DNA of 64,000 bases, taken from the NCBI GenBank assembly GCA_014874485.1, contig JADBJK010000074.1, forward strand, positions 75,678 through 139,677, in the 5' to 3' direction. The notes under the pieces are model-generated. The model made no database searches. It saw only the letters and a program-made list of their open reading frames with translations, and was not told the origin of the DNA. This stretch comes from Chloroflexota bacterium (GTDB lineage Bacteria; Chloroflexota; Anaerolineae; DTLA01). Numbering within the stretch: position 1 is the first letter of the stretch; each line of letters begins with the position of its first letter. A program made the position numbers and the translations under genes. Of this stretch, positions 59,677 through 64,000 are shown one piece after another.

Positions 59677-60567
59677 ATGGCGAAGGAGAAGCGAGGTCTG
59701 GGCAGAGGACTGGACGCACTCATTCCGTCGGCTCCCGCGGGCGAGCGACCGGCGGGCGGCCCTGCGGAAGTCCCCGTCTCGGCCATTTCGCCGAACCCGC
59801 GCCAGCCCCGCCAACGCCAAGACCCCGATGCCCTGCGCGAACTGGCCGATTCCATCCGCGAGCACGGCCTCATCCAGCCCCTGGTGGTGAGCGAGGCCGA
59901 GGACTCGCTGCCAGGCGCGCCGCGCTATCAACTCATCGCGGGCGAGCGGCGCTGGCTCGCGGCCCAGATGGCGGGGTTGACCCACGTGCCCGTGGTGGTC
60001 AAGGAGGCCACGCCCCAGCAATCGCTGGAACTGGCCCTGGTGGAGAACATTCAGCGCGCCGACCTGAACCCGCTGGAGGAGGCCCAGGCGTACCAGCAAC
60101 TGGTGGACGAATTCGGCCTGACCCAGGAGCAGGTCGCCGCGCGCGTGGGCAAGAGCCGCGTGGCCGTTACCAACACGCTGCGCCTGCTGCGCCTGGCGGA
60201 CGATGCGAAGGCCGCGCTCCTGTCGGGCGAGATCAGCGAGGGGCACGCCCGCGCCATCCTGGCGCTGGAGTCGCCGGAGTTGCAATCACAGGCGCTGCGC
60301 CTCATCGTGCGCAACGGGCTGAACGTGCGCCAGGCCGAGGAGTTGGTGCGCCGGATGCAAGCGCCGCCCCGCGCCAAGGAGCCGCCCCCGCCCCCATCGC
60401 CGGAGGTCAAGTCGCTGCAGTCGCGCCTGGAAGCCGCGCTGAACACGCGGGTGCAACTGGAGCGCGGGAAGAAAGGCGGGCGGCTGGTGATCCACTTCTA
60501 CTCGGAAGAGGAACTGGAGGCCATCTGCGGCATCCTGCTGCGCGAAGAGGACGGCATCCGCGAATAA
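59677..60567 (+). CDS. parB: ParB/Spo0J
   Basis: GLGRGLDALI, QPR, IAGERRW, ENIQRADLNP.EEA, HTH. Confidence 0.96.
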   Translation: MAKEKRGLGRGLDALIPSAPAGERPAGGPAEVPVSAISPNPRQPRQRQDPDALRELADSIREHGLIQPLVVSEAEDSLPGAPRYQLIAGERRWLAAQMAGLTHVPVVVKEATPQQSLELALVENIQRADLNPLEEAQAYQQLVDEFGLTQEQVAARVGKSRVAVTNTLRLLRLADDAKAALLSGEISEGHARAILALESPELQSQALRLIVRNGLNVRQAEELVRRMQAPPRAKEPPPPPSPEVKSLQSRLEAALNTRVQLERGKKGGRLVIHFYSEEELEAICGILLREEDGIRE

Positions 60568-61098
60568 CACGAATCTACGCGAATGGCAGGGGTAGCGGTT
60601 GCCACGGGGAAGATAGCCCGCGTTCATTGCGAGCAGCGCGAGGAGGATGGTATCCGCGAATAACACGAATCTACGCGAATGGTAGGGATGGCGGTTGCCA
60701 CGGGGAAGATAGTCCGCGGTCATTGCGAGCGAAGCGAAGCATCTCGGTTGACGAGATTCTTCGCGGCTCCGCCGCTCAGAATGACAGAAACCCTGTCATT
60801 GCGAGCGATGCATCCCCACCTGCGACGCACCTTGGAGGTGCGTCGCACGTGCCCCTCACGTCACTGGGAGCGAGGCATCTCGGTTGGCAAGATTCTTCGG
60901 CGCTGCGCGCCTCAGTAGGGACAATTCATGAATTGTCCCTACGGGCGCTGTGTGCCCTCGCAATGACACAGCATCAGGAGCGCCTGTGGCCAAGTCGGAG
61001 TGTGTACTTAGGAGCGTGCACTTGCGACGCATTTCCAAGGTGCGTCGCAAGTGAATCCCGCGGATCATTCGCGGCCATTCGTGTGATTCGTGGATACC
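60540..61098. repeat. 96-bp duplication of the parB 3' end plus nested composite repeat cluster
   Basis: GAGGA(C/T)GG(C/T)ATCCGCGAATAACACGAATCTACGCGAAT at 60547 and 60643; GTAG REP about 60914; opposing ATTCG arm about 61067-61095. Confidence 0.9.
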
Positions 61099-61141
61099 TC
61101 TGCGCGGCCCTGGCTTGCCGATTCCGTTGGAGTGTTGCCCG

Positions 61142-62758
61142 ATGAGAACTGCCGACTGGGTTCTGTACAACGCCCGCATCTACACCATGGACAAGCGCCT
61201 GCCGGTGGCCGCGTCCATCGCCATCTCCGCCAGCCGAATCCTGGCCGTGTCCGAGCGGGCCGATGACCTCATGCCGCTCCTGTCGCCGGCAGGGCAGGCC
61301 CTTGACCTGCGCGGCGCAACCGTCCTGCCCGGCTTCACCGACGGGCACGTGCACTTCCTGGAGTACGCGCAGAAGTTGCAGCGCCTGGCACTGGACGGGC
61401 TGGCGTCGCTGGACGCGGTGCTGGAAGCGGTCGCGCGGCGGGTGTCCCAGACCCGCCCCGGCGAGTGGATTCTGGGCGGCGGCTGGGATCGCAACCTGTG
61501 GCCCGACCCCCGCTTCCCCACGCGCCACCACCTGGACCGCATCGCGCCCGACATCCCCATCGCGCTGGACAGCAAGGACCTGCACAGCGTGTGGGTGAAC
61601 AGCCGCACCCTGGAACTCGCCGGCATCACCCGCGACACGCCCGACCCCGAAGGCGGCGAGATTGAGCGCGACGAACACGGCGAGCCGACGGGCATCCTCA
61701 AGGAGAACGCCTGCAGATTGCTCAGCACCGTCATCCCCGTGCCGGGCCGCGAGGAGATGGTGCGCGCGCTGCGAGAGGCCATCGCCCGCGCCCACGCCGC
61801 AGGCATCACCGGCATCCACAACTGCGAGAAGGCCGAGGCGCTGGCGCTGTTCGGCATCCTGCACCAGCGCGGCGAGTTGACCCTGCGCGTGCTGGCGCAC
61901 CTGAACAAGGACACCGCCGACGACGCCATCCGCGCGGGCGTGTTCACCGGCCTGGGCGACGCGACCCTGCGCATCGGCGGGCTGAAACTGTTCGCCGACG
62001 GCTCGCTGGGTTCCCGCACCGCCTACATGCTCCAGCCCTTTGAGGGGACGGACAACTGCGGCATCTGCACCATGACGAAGGCGGAGATGCGCGAGTGGGT
62101 GCTGCGCGCGTGCGATGCGGGCATCAGCGCGACGATTCACGCCATCGGCGACCGCGCCAACCGCGAGGTGCTGGACGTGCTCGCGGAGGCCCGCCAGCGC
62201 GAGAACACCCTGCGCCCGCCGCTGCGCCACCGCATTGAGCACGCGCAACTCCTCACCGAGGAGGACATCCCCCGCTTCGCCGCGCTGGACATCATCGCGT
62301 CGGTGCAGCCCATGCACGCCACCGCCGACTACGAGATGGTGGACCGGTACTGGGGCGCGCGGGGGCGGTGGGCCTATCCGTTCCGCTCGCTGCTGGCGCG
62401 GGGCACGCGGCTGGCCTTCGGCTCCGACTGCCCGGTGGAGCGGTTTGACCCGCTGCTGGGGATTCACGCCGCGGTTACGCGCCGACGCCCGGACGGCAGC
62501 CCCGGCCCCGACGGCTGGCAACCGCAGGAGCGGCTGACGGTGGAGGAGGCCGTCCGCGCGTTCACCATGGGCAACGCCTACGCGGCGGGGCTGGAGGGGC
62601 AGTTGGGCTCCATCACGCCCGGCAAACTGGCCGACCTGGTGGTGCTGTCGGACGACATCTTCGCCATAGACCCGATGGCGATTCCGACGGTGCGGGTGCT
62701 GGGCACCTTCTTCGGCGGGCGGCTGGTGTACGCCCACGAGGGCGCGGCGTGGGGTTAG
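61142..62758 (+). CDS. Amidohydrolase_3 (YtcJ-like) metallohydrolase
   Basis: PGFTDGHVH, KLFADGSLGSRTA, HAIGD, RIEHAQ, GSD.PV, GKLADLVVL. Confidence 0.92.
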   Translation: MRTADWVLYNARIYTMDKRLPVAASIAISASRILAVSERADDLMPLLSPAGQALDLRGATVLPGFTDGHVHFLEYAQKLQRLALDGLASLDAVLEAVARRVSQTRPGEWILGGGWDRNLWPDPRFPTRHHLDRIAPDIPIALDSKDLHSVWVNSRTLELAGITRDTPDPEGGEIERDEHGEPTGILKENACRLLSTVIPVPGREEMVRALREAIARAHAAGITGIHNCEKAEALALFGILHQRGELTLRVLAHLNKDTADDAIRAGVFTGLGDATLRIGGLKLFADGSLGSRTAYMLQPFEGTDNCGICTMTKAEMREWVLRACDAGISATIHAIGDRANREVLDVLAEARQRENTLRPPLRHRIEHAQLLTEEDIPRFAALDIIASVQPMHATADYEMVDRYWGARGRWAYPFRSLLARGTRLAFGSDCPVERFDPLLGIHAAVTRRRPDGSPGPDGWQPQERLTVEEAVRAFTMGNAYAAGLEGQLGSITPGKLADLVVLSDDIFAIDPMAIPTVRVLGTFFGGRLVYAHEGAAWG

Positions 62759-64000
62759 GGGGACCGCAGCACGCGCTCATCCCCCACGCGGCGGGTTACC
62801 TTGCGCTGGTCCAGGTGTTCCATCAGCGCCAGGGCGTACTTGCGGCTGGCGTTGAACATGTCCCGCACCTGCGCCACGGTGATGGAGCCGTGCTCCTGGA
62901 TGAACCGCACCACGCGGTCCACCATCTCCTGATAGGTCTCGGCGAGGAACACCACGTCGGCGCTCACCTTCACCAGGCGGCCCTGCTCCACCAGCGCGTT
63001 GAACGCCTCGGCGCCGACGGCCTGCTCGCACTCGCTGACCGACGGCGTGGCGTAGGGCGAGCGGCGGAACGCGGCCAGGAGCGCGTCCACCTTCGCCTGC
63101 TCGTCGGGGCGGAAGTGGGGCTTGTGCGAGGGCAGGCGCAGCGTCGTCTCGTCGTCGGCGATGGCGCCCTCGCCCGCGGCCCGCTGGATGACCTCGGCGA
63201 ACAGGCGCGGCGGCAACTTCAGGCGGCTCTTCACCTCTTCCTTCGGCATGCCGAGCCGGGCGGGATACTGCCCGTGATACGCGGCGAGGAGGTCGGTCAA
63301 CTGGCCCACGAGGGCTTGCCACGCGCCCGGCGTGGTAACGAACGTCTGGTCGCCCAGCGCCTTGTCGCCCAGGGCCATCGCCTGCCCCTGCTCCACGAGC
63401 CGCGCCAGGGCCTCGGACACCGCCTCGCGCGGAAGCCCACTCTTGCGCATCACCTCGGCCACTTCCTGGGGCGGCGGCGACTCCAGCGCCTGCAGGATGA
63501 TCTCCTCCGGCGTGCCGTGGGCGGCGGTCTCCAGTTGGGCGATGACGGCGGCCTGCTTGCGCCGGTACTTGCGGCCCGGGTGGGGGTTGACGATGACCCC
63601 GCCGCCGATGGTGAGGCTGGGCGAGGGCTGGCGGATGACGAAGCGGTCGCCCCGAACCAGCGGGACAGGGTCGCTGAGGGCCAACTGCGCCCACCCTTCG
63701 CGCCCGGGGGCTAGCGCGTCTTCCTCCAGCAGTCGCACGCGCGCCATGACCTCCGCCGAGCCGCAGAAGAACTCCACCTCCTGCCCGTGCTTCAGGGCGC
63801 GAGGGGCGTCGTCCAGGCTCTTGAGTCGCACATCGGCCAGCAGGGTGGGGTGCAGCCAGCCGGGGGCCGTTACGACGTTGCCGCGCTGGACCTGGTCGGT
63901 GTTCACGCCGGTCAGGTTCACCGCCACGCGACTGCCGGGCATCGCCACGTCCACCTTCTGCTTGTGCGTCTGGAGACCGCGGATGCGCGCCTTCAGGCCC
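62755..64000 (-). CDS. selB: Selenocysteine-specific elongation factor, C-terminal part (start beyond window end)
   Basis: RVAVNL, GDRFVIR...TIGGG, winged-helix end RDMFNASRKYALALMEHLD...TRRVGDER. Confidence 0.93.
   Translation of the reverse strand, partial: GLKARIRGLQTHKQKVDVAMPGSRVAVNLTGVNTDQVQRGNVVTAPGWLHPTLLADVRLKSLDDAPRALKHGQEVEFFCGSAEVMARVRLLEEDALAPGREGWAQLALSDPVPLVRGDRFVIRQPSPSLTIGGGVIVNPHPGRKYRRKQAAVIAQLETAAHGTPEEIILQALESPPPQEVAEVMRKSGLPREAVSEALARLVEQGQAMALGDKALGDQTFVTTPGAWQALVGQLTDLLAAYHGQYPARLGMPKEEVKSRLKLPPRLFAEVIQRAAGEGAIADDETTLRLPSHKPHFRPDEQAKVDALLAAFRRSPYATPSVSECEQAVGAEAFNALVEQGRLVKVSADVVFLAETYQEMVDRVVRFIQEHGSITVAQVRDMFNASRKYALALMEHLDQRKVTRRVGDERVLRSP

Overview
High-GC bacterial chromosomal segment. 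Gene content and protein styles suggest Chloroflexota, probably Anaerolineae-like (inference). It holds about 55 protein genes: EF-G2 (partial), a hemerythrin-DUF2249-CODH operon, mutY with an intact Nudix domain, two GT4s, a DUF881 pair, alpha-2-macroglobulin, coaX, GH36, pcm, a co-directional htrA-hspR-baeRF(eRF1-like)-clpC-rtcA-rnz run, an HTH/PIN toxin-antitoxin pair, a three-gene heme-copper enzyme with non-canonical active sites (gNOR-like), rph, a capsule/dTDP-sugar cluster, an S8 protease, AOR, pbpC, rpmH-rnpA-yidD-yidC-jag-pfkB-parA-parB without dnaA, an amidohydrolase and selB (partial). No rRNA, tRNA, CRISPR or transposase was recognised. Most notable: (1) a possible bacterial ribosome-rescue/tRNA-repair plus unfoldase operon paralleling eukaryotic Vms1-Cdc48-ELAC1; (2) a heme-copper enzyme lacking the CuB His, the cross-link Tyr and the CuA cysteines, sharing a Crp/Fnr-type box with the CODH operon; (3) at least five interlocking families of palindromic intergenic repeats that often sit on, supply or duplicate gene stop codons; (4) apparent strong avoidance of TCGA, AGCT and GTSAC shaping codon pairs. 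All product calls are from motif recognition by eye, with no database search.
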